Shown here: in pieces, positions 1 to 12,435 of the stretch
Layout: every line of letters starts with the position of its first letter
How positions within the stretch are numbered: position 1 is the first letter of the stretch
Assembly: GCA_964016885.1 (NCBI GenBank)
Contig: OZ024742.1
Coordinates: 312,852,001-312,916,000, forward strand
DNA length: 64,000 bases
Source: Eledone cirrhosa
Taxonomy: Eukaryota
Reading direction: 5' to 3'
Notes under the pieces: generated by a model
What the model was told of the DNA's origin: nothing
What the model saw: the letters and a program-made list of their open reading frames with translations, nothing else
Databases searched by the model: none
Program-made: the position numbers and the translations under genes

Positions 1-240
1 GGGGGTAGTCCCACTTGAGGCAAGAGTGATTGTCTTGCTCGCATAGGACTGTCTGGCAGGTTTTCTACAGTTGGATGCCCTTCCTAACACCAACCACATT
101 TACAGTGTGGGTCTGGGAGGTTTTTACCGTGTTGCCTACACGGCCACATTACAGCGTGGACTGTGTGTTTTTTTGTCGTGACACCTACACAATCTCATTT
201 GTTTCGGCCTGGATGGCGCGGCACCAACATAACTTTACAT
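1..240 (-). mobile_element. Partial SINE family A body (RTE-tailed SINE), truncated by the window edge
   Basis: Contains the core TTTCTACAG(C/T)TGGATGCCCTTCCTAACACCAACC found in many copies; reverse complement of 28370-28620. Confidence 0.75.
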
Positions 241-357
241 AGAACGGGGTGGTGTGGATGGGGTGGGGGTGGTGGTGGTGGGACATGGTGTATTTTGTTA
301 GAGATGCCTACTGGCTGTAGTAGGTTTTACTATGTATTTAGTATATATATATAAATA

Positions 358-1273
<916 letters not shown>

Positions 1274-1502
1274 TATATATATATATAAGTATATATAAAC
1301 CCGTAGAGCAAATATTTATTATTAGTACAGATTAAAATTTATATATAATCATCATTATTACCATTTAACATCTAGTTTCTATGCTTGCATCGGTTAGATA
1401 GCTGTCTTGTGCTGAGACCAGACCAGTCAGGTGACTAGGTCCTGCTTTTAGCTTAAGTTCTATGGCTGGATGCCCTTCCTTACAGCATTTTATCATGACT
1501 AC

Positions 1503-1547
<45 letters not shown>

Positions 1548-2022
1548 ATGTGCACAAGAATGACTGTGAGGTTAAGAACTTTGATTGACAACAACATGGT
1601 TCTTTCTTCCACAAAAGCCATTCCAGGCATGGTGGTATGTAAGCTTCACATGCATACAAGCATGGAAAAATGAATGTAAAATAGTAAAAACATCATTGCA
1701 CTTTATGAATACATGAAACCTTATCATCATCATCATCATCACCGTTTTACGTCCGTTCTTCCACGCTAGCATGGGTTAGACGGGTTGTCCTGTTGTGGGC
1801 AGTGTCTGGTCGGCTGACCATGCCTTGCTCCTACAGGAACTGATCTGGCTTGATTTCTACAGCTGGATGCCCTTCCTAACACCAACCTCATTTACAGTGA
1901 GTGCTGGGTGCTTTTTCGTGGCGCCTACACGTCCACTTTACAGTGTGGGCTGGGTGCTTTTTTGCCGTGGCACCTCCACGACCACCTTGCGGTGGGGGGG
2001 GGGGGCATATTGTTTATATGCT

Positions 2023-5000
2023 TCAGCATGTACCCATGGGAGGTCGGGTACCCTGTATTACTGCGTGACGCCAGAAGTCACGGTCGTGTGTCATTGACTT
2101 TGAGAGGTGTAGTTGGGTAAGGTCGGCTTTTATCACCTCATCCCAAGTCATCTTGGGTCTCCCCACTCCGCGGTTTCCATCAACTTCTAGTGCTCTGCAC
2201 CTTTTTATGCAGCTGTCATCCTTCATACGCATCACATGTCCATACCAGCGTAACCGCCTCTCCTGCACGCAGCATTTGATTCCTCTTATGCTCAGTCTCT
2301 CTCTCAATTCATTTATGCTTTGTCGTTCACGTATATTACTGTTACACATCCATCGGAGCATGCAGGCTTCGTTTCTCTCTAATCTACGTAAGTCTTCCAC
2401 CTTCAGCGCCCAGGTCTCACTACCATGCAACATCGCTGTTCGGATACACGCATCATACAGTCTGCCTTTCATTCTGAGGGAGAAGCCTTTTGCAGCTAGC
2501 AGTGGTAGTAGTTCCCTAAACTTCTTCCATCCCGTTCTTACCCTAGTTATTGTACTTTCTGAGCACCCACCTCCGTTGCTAATTCGGTCACCTAGGTAGC
2601 AGAAGCTGTCTACTGTTTCTACAGGGCCCTCCCAGAGATTGGTGGTACTTGTTTCCTGTGGCTGTTTGCTTGCTGTTTCAGCACAGCTGCTGCATGTGAA
2701 TCCTACATTCTTAATTAAGCTTCCTGAGATCCCGCTACATCTCTTGTGTACCCATTGTTTGCATTTGGGGCAAAAAATGGAGTTCCTACCTACACCTTTC
2801 CTACATACTGAGCAAGGCCATTTCCCTGAGGGGATCTGGGTTCTGTTTTCTCGTCTACTTATAAGGACCTTAGTCTTTGTCATGTTGACTTTGAGGCCCT
2901 TTCTCTCTAGTCCCTGCTTCCAGGTTTGGAATTTATTCTCTAGTTCTACCATAGATTCAGCTATGAGTGCGAGGTCATCAGCATACAGGAGTTCCCATGG
3001 GCATCCGGTCTTAAACTCCTCCGTTATTGCCTGCAGGACTATGATGAACAGGAGAGGGCTAAGAACAGAGCCCTGGTGGACCCCAACCTGTACGCTAAAT
3101 TCCTCGCTATACTCATTGCCAATCCTAACTTTGCTGACTGCTCCCCTATACATGGCTTGTACCGCTTTCACAAGCCATTCATCTACTCCTAGTTTTCTAA
3201 GAGCCCACCAGATTACTGCACGTGGAACTCTGTCAAAGGCTTTCTCAAGGTCGACAAATGCCAAGTAGAGTGGCTTACTTTTAGCTAGGTACTTTTCCTG
3301 TAATTGCCTCACAAGGAAGAGCGCATCAGTGGTGCCTTTCCCTGGAACAAACCCAAATTGCATCTCGTCTATATTCACCCGGTCCCTAATCAGCTGTGCT
3401 ATAACTCTTTCTGTTACTTTCATGACCTGGTCCATCAACTTTATACCTCTATAGTTTCCTCTATCTAGTGCATCGCCTTTACCTTTGTAGCAGTTGACAA
3501 TGATGCTACTGCACCAATCTTTTGGTATGGCCCCCTCTAGTATTACCTGGTTAACGATACGTGTGGTTATAGTGTGACCTACAGACCCAGATGCCTTCAG
3601 CATCTCGGCAGCTATACCCGATGGACCGGTTGCCTTCCCTATCTTCATATCTCTGATTGCCTTACTTACTACGCTGCCGCTGACTTGTACTGCTGGTCCC
3701 TCTATAGGGTCTACGTGGGGTAGGGTCTCTTCTTCCCATGCATTCTCCTCATTTAGTAATCTATCATAATGACTCTTCCATGCATCTTTCTTCTCAGCAC
3801 TTGTGAGGGCAAGCTCACCTTTATCATTCCGGATACACTTCTCTCCAATGACATCACAACTATCTCTGACACACTGCCTCGCAATCTTGAATACCTCCTG
3901 TTTCTGGTCCTCACGTTGTAAAACATGCTTGAATTTTCTATCCTCTGCTTCACTCCTAGCTAAGTATACTTGTCGCCTAGCTTCCCTCTTGGTCTCTATG
4001 TAATGTACCCTGCTCCCCCCGTTCTTCCATTCTTTCCATGCCTGTCTCTTGGCCTTGACTGCTTCATCTACCTTATTGTTCCACCACCAAGTCACTCTCC
4101 TCCTGCTTGAGGTCTTACTCCAGCCACAAACCTCATCCGTCGCCTCTAGTAAGTTATTTTTTAGGAACTCCCAGTTCTCTTCTACGTTAAATGTCTCTAT
4201 CTGTTCTTCTTTACTGTCGTAGGCGTTGAGTAAAATATCTTTAAATCTGTTACTGGTTGAGGGGACTTTCAGCTTCCAGATCTTTCTTCTCCAGGTTGGC
4301 CTCTGTTTCAGGGCTCGTCTAGTTCTGACCGTGAGGTCGCTGACAACTAAGCTATGTTGGGATGTACATTCCTCACTAGGGAAGGCTTTTGTGTTTACGA
4401 CCGTCCATCTGTCACGTCCTCTGATGAGGATAAAATCTAACTGACTAGAGTGCTCCCCTGATCTATAGGTGATCAGGTGGTTGTCGGGTTTTTTAAAGTT
4501 TGTGTTACATATCGACATGTCATTGGCGTCGCAGAATTCTAGAAGTCTGAATCCTTCCTTATTCCTTGTGCCAACTCCATGGCCTCCATGTACTCTATTG
4601 AAGCCGTCGCAGTGTTTACCTACGTGTCCGTTAAAATCTCCTGCAATGATTAGGAAGTCCTTGTCGTCTGTTAGAGCAGTAGTGTGTATTAGGGACTCGT
4701 AAAACCTATCCTTAAGTTCGTCTGGCAGCCCCGATTGGGGTGCGTAAGCTGATATTATTGTGGTAATTGTCTTATTCAGGACTAGTCTGAGTTTAATGAT
4801 TCTTGCATTTACCCTGTACACTGAGATTACTTTATCTACCCACTTGTCAGCTAATAGTATACCTACACCACCCATCCCATCGTCATTTCCCACCCAGAAA
4901 AATTTGTAGCACTGGCTTTTTCCTACAAGGACTCTAGCAGACCCTCCTCTCCATCTAGTCTCTTGCACACAGCATACATCAACTTCCTTTCGCTCTAGCA

Positions 5001-5031
5001 TTTCTACGATTTCTCCTGCTCTTCCTTTCAT
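2023..5031 (-). CDS. RTE LINE polyprotein: APE endonuclease + reverse transcriptase + PHD-like Cys/His finger
   Basis: 1002-aa uninterrupted ORF. APE motifs VQETRW, AYAPQ, GDFNGHVG, LDFIL, SQH; RT motifs NYRGIKL, QFGF, FVDLEKAFD, GVHQGSVLSP, YADD; finger CSVC..CPKCKQWVHKRC..CSSC; RTE C-terminus RRLRWYGHVMR..GRPKMTW. Confidence 0.95.
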   Translation of the reverse strand: MKGRAGEIVEMLERKEVDVCCVQETRWRGGSARVLVGKSQCYKFFWVGNDDGMGGVGILLADKWVDKVISVYRVNARIIKLRLVLNKTITTIISAYAPQSGLPDELKDRFYESLIHTTALTDDKDFLIIAGDFNGHVGKHCDGFNRVHGGHGVGTRNKEGFRLLEFCDANDMSICNTNFKKPDNHLITYRSGEHSSQLDFILIRGRDRWTVVNTKAFPSEECTSQHSLVVSDLTVRTRRALKQRPTWRRKIWKLKVPSTSNRFKDILLNAYDSKEEQIETFNVEENWEFLKNNLLEATDEVCGWSKTSSRRRVTWWWNNKVDEAVKAKRQAWKEWKNGGSRVHYIETKREARRQVYLARSEAEDRKFKHVLQREDQKQEVFKIARQCVRDSCDVIGEKCIRNDKGELALTSAEKKDAWKSHYDRLLNEENAWEEETLPHVDPIEGPAVQVSGSVVSKAIRDMKIGKATGPSGIAAEMLKASGSVGHTITTRIVNQVILEGAIPKDWCSSIIVNCYKGKGDALDRGNYRGIKLMDQVMKVTERVIAQLIRDRVNIDEMQFGFVPGKGTTDALFLVRQLQEKYLAKSKPLYLAFVDLEKAFDRVPRAVIWWALRKLGVDEWLVKAVQAMYRGAVSKVRIGNEYSEEFSVQVGVHQGSVLSPLLFIIVLQAITEEFKTGCPWELLYADDLALIAESMVELENKFQTWKQGLERKGLKVNMTKTKVLISRRENRTQIPSGKWPCSVCRKGVGRNSIFCPKCKQWVHKRCSGISGSLIKNVGFTCSSCAETASKQPQETSTTNLWEGPVETVDSFCYLGDRISNGGGCSESTITRVRTGWKKFRELLPLLAAKGFSLRMKGRLYDACIRTAMLHGSETWALKVEDLRRLERNEACMLRWMCNSNIRERQSINELRERLSIRGIKCCVQERRLRWYGHVMRMKDDSCIKRCRALEVDGNRGVGRPKMTWDEVIKADLTQLHLSKSMTHDRDFWRHAVIQGTRPPMGTC

Positions 5032-5458
5032 TGAGCCTACATTGATGGTACCAACTCGGAGTTTTGGGCATTTGTCGACACTCGTAGGGGAGGGTCTCTG
5101 GGTTGGCGCTTCACGTGGGTGCTTGGTAGCTCGCAGATTCCTATTTCATCTATTGATTCAGAGTTGCTCGTGTATTCCCAGCTCATCCATCCCTAACGGT
5201 GGGAAAATTGAGGGCTAGAAGGACAGTGGTGGTGGGGTAATGGCAGGGTGTGTTGGGATGCGCCAGAGGAGGAGAGAGTTAGTTAGGCAGGTAGTAGCAG
5301 CAGCAGCAGTGGAAATGGCATGCTAGGTTTGATTGGTCGAATAGACTATGGTGGTGTGTGGGGGTGGGGGGGGAGGGAAATTGTGAGGTAGGAACTGAGG
5401 GTCGCATGGTAAATATCCAAGTTAATACTACATCAGTAAAATTAACAATAATAACGTC

Positions 5459-5851
5459 ATGAAAAAAGCTACTAAGAGAAACCCTCGAAAATTTATCGCT
5501 AATACAGCAGGGAAAATTTAACGCTAATACAGCAGGGAACATCATAATATTAACGACATGAAAAAGCTACTAAGAGAAACCCTCGAAAATTTATCGCTAA
5601 TACAGCAGGGAAAATTTAACGCTAATACAGCAGGGAACATCATAATATTAACGACATGAAAAAGCTACTAAGAGAAACCCTCGAAAATTTATCGCTAATA
5701 CAGCAGGGAAAATTTAACGCTAATACAGCAGGGAACATCATAATATTAACGACATGAAAAAGCTACTAAGAGAAACCCTCGAAAATTTATCGCTAATACA
5801 GCAGGGAAAATTTAACGCTAATACAGCAGGGAACATCATAATATTAACGAC
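5459..5851. repeat. 4 x 98-bp tandem repeat in the 5' region of the RTE LINE
   Basis: Unit ATGAAAAAGCTACTAAGAGAAACCCTCG...CATAATATTAACGAC starts at 5459, 5558, 5656 and 5754; copies essentially identical. Confidence 0.95.
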
Positions 5852-6649
5852 AATATGTAGGCTAAAATACCTTCGTAGATTAGGTGGATGGCTGGCTGGG
5901 AAAATTTGAATCAGCTCTAGTGGTACATTTTAGCAGAGAAGAATGGCAAAGTGTCTTATCTCTTCAATATTTTCAGATTGAATGAATTAGGTTAAAGACA
6001 GGGTAGTAAGCCTTAAATATATATATTATATATATATATATATAATATCTCACACATATCTTTGAGTAGTGCTTTACTTCTAAACTATGAATATTCATAG
6101 AAATTTTAGTTCATTTGTACCCTTAATATAACATAAAAGACAAATTCCTTTTTTAACATATTCATAATTGTATATTGTTATCAACATAAAAAAGTATTGT
6201 TTTCTTGGATAGATATAACCATAAACTAGCAAATAGTTTTAAGTTATGAATTTAAAGATATAATACAAAAGGTTTTATGTGTGATTAACGTGAAATTGTA
6301 AAGCTGCTATTGAGGCTAACACTGGTGTGAAATTATTCTGAAAAAGTTGTAAATATCTACATTGTTAATGTGTAAAATAGTGTAAGATAGTGATGAAATA
6401 AACCAGATTTACTCTGCTTTTTAAATTGTCACACATCATTGAGAAAAGGCAGGAAGTAAAATGCATACAGAAGTAATTTGTTCTGGATGAATGATGTGCA
6501 ATTTATATTGAAGTACTCTTAACATAATTCCAACAAATTTATACAGTCTGCACTTTTGAGAGAGATTTGTTGTTGCCATACACTTAACCGACACTGATTT
6601 AGGCCACTGAAACACATAAATAAATATACCAAACAACAACAACAAGCAT

Positions 6650-7510
6650 TTTAAGACTATTTTCCACTGTTAAACAGGTGCTAACCTTGTGGGTCCATGA
6701 CAAGCTTCTCTATTTTGTTTTATCCTCTGCACCCCAATTACCAAACCCCTTTCTTTCATTTTCCCCTCCACCTTTAACATTGTCTTTCTTGGCCTCCCCT
6801 TTCTTCTATTTCCTTCCACATTAATTTCCATCACTCATCTCACCCAGTCACTTTCATTCTTACTTAACCCGTTAGCATTCACATTATTATATTAAAGTAC
6901 CAGTAATAAACTGGGTTATTGCTGGCCTTGTACCAAAAGTAGAAACAATTATTATATATATACTATTGTATTTTCATGGTAAAGACTTTACTTCACATAA
7001 TTATCTCACATAATATCGAATCTATGAAATTTTGATATTATCTATTTTGAGAACAATACCTTAACATCAGTATGAGTGGCTGGTTACAGCCAGTTTGAAC
7101 AGAAAGAGGTGAGAGAATTCTGGCAGATATGGCCGGTTTAAATGCTAAAGGGTTAACACATGACCCAACCATTTCATTCCATTTCTCTTTACAACACTCA
7201 TCACTGGTTCTATTCCCACCATCCTTTGTAATTCACTGTTTGCCTTCTTTTTGAGTGATACACCTCTCATTCACTAGACTATCCTCATTTCAATTTTTTC
7301 CAGCCTTATTTACTGCTCCACATTCATTGTCCATGTTTCACTTCCACAAATATTGGCATTTTTCACACATGCAGCATTCCCTACAGTTTCAGTGACAATA
7401 TTCTCCACCAGAGCACATCATTTAGTTCCTGGAACTTCTTCAATGCACATTTCCCTAAAACCAGAGTTGATGAGTCCAACCTACCTACTCTATTTACCAT
7501 GTCTCTGACA
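6650..7510 (-). pseudogene. Decayed RTE 3' fragment interrupted by a TTAA MITE
   Basis: Minus-strand translation across the MITE gives MKWLGHV..ESDWV..MEINVEGNRRKGRPRK, the RTE C-terminal motifs. Confidence 0.65.
6868..7152. mobile_element. piggyBac-like MITE, family 1
   Basis: TTAA at both flanks; TIR CCCGTTAGCATT / AATGCTAAAGGG; homologous copies at 34935-35154 and 39510-39727. Confidence 0.85.
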
Positions 7511-7909
7511 TATCGTTTATATATAAAATTTTAAGCTGCTATTTATTGTTTCACTCTGTGTGACAATTTGTTTTCCATGCTTGAACTTCCTATTGTATTT
7601 TCATAATTGTTGTCATATTTTTATATTTAGTAATCAGATAAGGAGGAGCAGTACTGGGTGACCTTTACAGAGCATCCCAGGTTGATGATATTGATGTGAT
7701 GAATGTTCAGTTTCAATTTTTGTAGGTGAAGACTTACAAATAAAACATGATCCAGGAGTGATTCTCTCAGTAGAAATGTATCCTTATAGCAGGTTCATAA
7801 TAGCTTCTATTTCAGATGTAGTATATCTATGACTACATTATTTAATGTGTCATTTTTCTTAAGACATTAGAGTGTGACTTGAACGATATTAACATCTGTT
7901 TCTATGCAA

Positions 7910-7998
7910 GGGGACTATGTTGAAAAAATAAACCTCATTTGGTCACATTCTATGAGTGTGTCTTGATCAGCTTATGAACTTTTCAGCTGATCCTCGTA
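7910..7998. mobile_element. Right-half fragment of the mariner-type MITE seen intact at 56060-56257
   Basis: GGGACTATGTTGAAAAA..TCAGCTTATGAACTTTTCAGC matches 56175-56257. Confidence 0.7.
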
Positions 7999-8013
7999 TA
8001 TACTAGAATTGAT

Positions 8014-8350
8014 TCATCATCATCATCATCATCACCGTTTTACATCCATTCTTCCACACAAGCATGGGTTAGACGGGTTGTCCTGTTGTAGGCAATGCCA
8101 GGTCAGGTGACCTTGTCTTGCTCATATGGGAACTGATTTTGGCTTGATTTCTACAGCTGGATGCCTTTCCTAACACCAACCTCATTTACAGTGAGTACTG
8201 GGTGCTTTTTGCTGTGGCGCCTACACGACCACTTTACAGTGTGGGCTGGGTGATTTTTTGTCATGACACCTCCACAACCACTTTACAGTGGGAGGGGGTG
8301 GGGTCATATTGTCTAGATGCTTCAGCTTCGGCTTGTACCCATGGGGGGTC
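8014..8350 (-). mobile_element. 5'-truncated copy of the RTE 3' end (3' UTR plus last ORF codons)
   Basis: Colinear with 1723-2045, including the G-run, CATATTG and TGTACCCATGGG. Confidence 0.85.
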
Positions 8351-8394
8351 ATATATACCTTTCAATAAATCTGTGGCTTCATTCCAAAGAGGAG

Positions 8395-9565
8395 TATCAT
8401 CATTGTCACCATTTTCCTTTTTATCATGGTCATCATCATCATCATTGTCATTCTAATTATCATCATGATTGTCATCATGCTTATCATTATAGTCATCATC
8501 ATCATTGTCATCATAATTATCATCATGATTGTCATTATCATCATCATCATCATCATTGTCATCATGATTGTCATTATCATCATCATTATCATAGTCATCA
8601 TTGTCATCATCATTGTCATCATGATCATCATCATGATTATCATTATCATAGTCATCATCATCATCATTGTCATCAAGATTGTCATCATAATTATCATCAT
8701 CATTGTTATCATAGTCATCATCATTATGATTGTCATTTCATCATCATCATTGCCATCATCATCATTGTCATCATCATCATCATTATAGTCATCACCATTG
8801 TCATTGTCATCATTACTCTCTCTGGCATCATGATCAATGTTATCATCATCATTATCATCATCATTGTCCTTATCATTATTGTCACTGCCACCACCACTGC
8901 CACCACCACTACTACCACCACCACCACCACCACCACTATCACCACCACCACCACCACCATGTCACCTCCACAATCAACACAATCACCACCTCCACCACCA
9001 CTACCACTATCACCACCACCACCAACACCACCACCACCACCACCACCACTATCACCACCACCACCACCACCACTATCACCACCACCACCACCACCACCAC
9101 CACCACCACCACCACCACTATCACCACCACCACCACCACCATGTCACTTCCACAATCAACACAATCACCACCACCACCACCACCACCACCACCACCACCA
9201 CCACTATCACCACCACCACTACCAACACCACCAACACCACCACCACCACTACCACTATCACCACCACCACCACCATGTCACCTCCACAATCAACACAATC
9301 ACCACCTCCACCACCACCACCACTATCACCACCACCACCTCCACCACCACCACCACCACTATCACCACCACCACCACCACCACCACCACCACCACCACCA
9401 CCACCACCACCACCACCGCCACCACCACCATCACCACCACCACCACTATCACCACCACCACTACCAACACCACCAACACCACCACCACCACTATCACCAC
9501 CACCACCACCACCACCACCGCCACCACCACCGCCACCACCACCACCACTATCACCACCACCATCA
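8395..9565. repeat. Compound (CAT)n then (CAC)n trinucleotide microsatellite
   Basis: Direct reading; includes an internal repeated block CATGTCAC(C/T)TCCACAATCAACACAATCACC at ~8958, 9140 and 9274. Confidence 0.95.
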
Positions 9566-9832
9566 TGCTTAATATTATCAATATTATGAATCACCAACCA
9601 ATTTCTGAAGTTATTATTACTATTATTATAGCTGCTGTTGTTATTAATATTAATAATAATGTTGTTGTTGTTATTATTGCAATATCATCTAAAATACATT
9701 AGTGAATTAGAGTGACATATTGTATACTGTTTAGATGCATCAATAAATCATGAAAGTTCCGGGAGAAATTTATTCCACAAAATGGTATGTCAGACCTTGA
9801 TCTCAACCAAGATAAAGTAGTGTTGTTGCTGG

Positions 9833-9964
9833 GAGAGAGAGATAGAGAAAGAGAGAGAGAGAGTAGAGGGAGAGAGAGGTAGGAGATAGGTAGATAGATA
9901 AAGAGAGAGAGAGAGAGAGAGTAAGATATATATATAGAGAGAGTAGAGAGAAAGAGAGAGAGTA

Positions 9965-10008
<44 letters not shown>

Positions 10009-10158
10009 ATAGGAGAGAGAGCGATAGGAGATAGATAGATAGAGATAAGAGAGAGATAGATAGATAGATAGATAGATAGAGAGAGATAGAGAGTAGAGAT
10101 AGGAGAGAGAGAGATAGGAGATAGATAGATAGAGATAAGATAGAGATAGAGAGAGATA

Positions 10159-10190
<32 letters not shown>

Positions 10191-10215
10191 TAGAAATAGA
10201 GAAATAGAGAGAGAA

Positions 10216-10276
<61 letters not shown>
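9833..10276. repeat. (GA)n/(GATA)n purine-rich microsatellite
   Basis: Direct reading. Confidence 0.95.
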
Positions 10277-10279
<3 letters not shown>

Positions 10280-10642
10280 AATTTAGTTTGCTGTAATCTA
10301 AAAAGTCATCAAAATCTAAAAGTATTGTTTCATTATAAAACCAGAACCATTCCAATGTGAACTGTGACAGCTTTCCACTTGAAATTAGTTTCGCAGTAAT
10401 TTTTCTGTTTTTTATTTATTTATTTATTGGCATTTTGGCAGCAAACCAGAGGAAGGAGACTTATGGTGAGATGAACAAGAAATAGCCTAGGCTAAATCAA
10501 AGTAATTTTAACAAGTGGAAATAAGCATTTTGAAGAAGATAGCATGGAATGTAAGAACATGATGTGGTTCACCCCACTACCTGTCTGGTCTTAGACCATG
10601 TCAACCTATCCAACCCATGTCTACATGGAAAGTGAATGTAAA

Positions 10643-11097
10643 AATGATGATGATGGTGGTGATGATGGTGGTGGTGGTGGCAGTGGTGATAATGATAATG
10701 GTGATGATAATGATGATGATGATGGTGGTGGTGGCGATGGTGGTGGTGATGATGGTGGTGGTGATGATGATGATGGTGGTGGTGGTGATGATGGTGGTGG
10801 TGGTGGTGGGGGTGATGATGGTGGTGATGATGATGATGGTGGTGGTGATGACGGTGGTGGTGGTGGTGATGATGGTGGTGGTGATGATGATGATGGTGGG
10901 TGTCGTGCTGATAATGATGATGAATCATGATGGTGATGATGGTGATGATGTTGATGATGATCATGATGGTGGTGATGATGATTATGGTGGTGATGATGAT
11001 GATGATTATGGTGATGATGGTGGGGGATCAGGATAATACTGATGATGATGGTGATGATCATGATGATAATGATGAAGAGGAGGATGGTGATGATGAT
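10643..11097. repeat. (GAT/GGT)n microsatellite expanded from a SINE/RTE tail
   Basis: Follows ...ACATGGAAAGTGAATGTAAAATGATGATG, a tail-like sequence. Confidence 0.9.
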
Positions 11098-11177
11098 ACT
11101 GTGTGCTTAAAAATTCAGAGATGATGTGTAGCTCCTCACCTTTCATATATAGCAGGCAAACTAAGAGGTAGGGAAAC

Positions 11178-11392
11178 TATGTATGCAGTAGATGTATGCA
11201 GTAGATGTATGCAGTAGATGTATGCAGTAGATCTATGCAGTAGATGTATGCAGTAGATGTATGCAGTAGATGTATGCAGTTGATGTATGCAGTAGATGTA
11301 TGCAGTAGATGTATGCAGTAGATGTATGCAGTAGATGTATGCAGTAGATGCATGCAGTAGATGTATGCAGTAGATGTATGCAGTAGATGTAC
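11178..11392. repeat. 13-bp minisatellite (ATGTATGCAGTAG) x ~16
   Basis: Direct reading. Confidence 0.95.
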
Positions 11393-11602
11393 ATGAAATT
11401 CCAGTAGAAGGAAGACACAGTAGAGGAAGACCACGAAAAACATGGGCGGAGGTGGTGAGAGCAGACCTCAGATCGCTGAAGCTCATGAAGGAGATGACGA
11501 AGGACCGTGACAAGTGGAGAGATGCTGTGCTGAATAGGACCCATCCCACCCCTGTAAGCAGGGAAAATTGGACGTAAAATGATGATGATGATGATGATGA
11601 TG
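11393..11602 (+). mobile_element. RTE 3'-terminal fragment with short tail
   Basis: EIPVEGRHSRGRPRKTWAEVVRADL..DRDKWRDAV, then GGACGTAAAA(TGA)n. Confidence 0.85.
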
Positions 11603-12041
11603 ATATATATATATATATTTATTTGTATGCTTGTTTTTGTTTGTGTGTGTGTGTGTGTGTGTGTGTGCATGCGTAAGCATGAGTGTGTGTGTGTGTGTGT
11701 GCATGCAGGCATGGCTGAGTGATTAAGAACTTCAGTCTGCAATCATAATGTCTTGTGTTTGTTTTCACTGCATGGAACCTTGGGTCAACCCAAGCCTTGT
11801 GAGTAAAATTGGGCAGACAGTAACAATGTGGAAGCCCATCAGATGAATTGTACCTGTAATTCAAAGTCTGGCCTTGTCACACACTGTATCATGCTAATCA
11901 TGTTACAGGTACTCATGTCTATGATGTAATTAACCATTTACAAGAATTAGACATTCAATTTGTCAAACACTAGGGTGCTCATCATGGAAACCAATGGAGA
12001 ATCCCTCGTGTGTATATGTGTGAATATTTATGTGTGTGTAT

Positions 12042-12111
<70 letters not shown>

Positions 12112-12435
12112 AAGAGAGAAAGCAAGAGGGATGGCAATCTTTTTTCTTCTTTATTGTAGAACAATGTGCAGGGTACAGCACAAGTGGTAAGTTCTTGGTA
12201 ACTTAAGTCTGTGACCCAGTTTTGATTTTTCATTGGAACTATTTCCCTTTCTCTGCTAACCCCTTTCACTATCATATTTATAATGAAAGACACTGCCAAT
12301 AATTTTCAATATACTTTGAAGAATATTCCAATTAATATAACTACAAATGGCATAAATGAGCGGAAAAAGAGGGGAAGGGCAAAGACTACTAAACAAAGAA
12401 AGAGAGTGGGCTGGGGAGAGGGTGACAGACTATAC

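Larger units (their letters stand above)
1723..6014 (-). mobile_element. Near-full-length RTE-clade LINE with (GAT)n 3' tail; 5' boundary approximate
   Basis: Intact APE-RT ORF, 3' UTR ending in (CAT)n on the + strand at 1723-1740, and 5' region with tandem repeats. No clear TSD seen. Confidence 0.85.

Noticed and set aside
5459-5851. Possible CRISPR or iteron array
   Set aside because: Units are contiguous and identical with no spacers; they lie in a LINE 5' region.
8317-9702. Long His/Pro/Thr-rich ORFs (up to 461 aa)
   Set aside because: Translations of (CAT)n/(CAC)n microsatellite that are open in several frames; no domain content.
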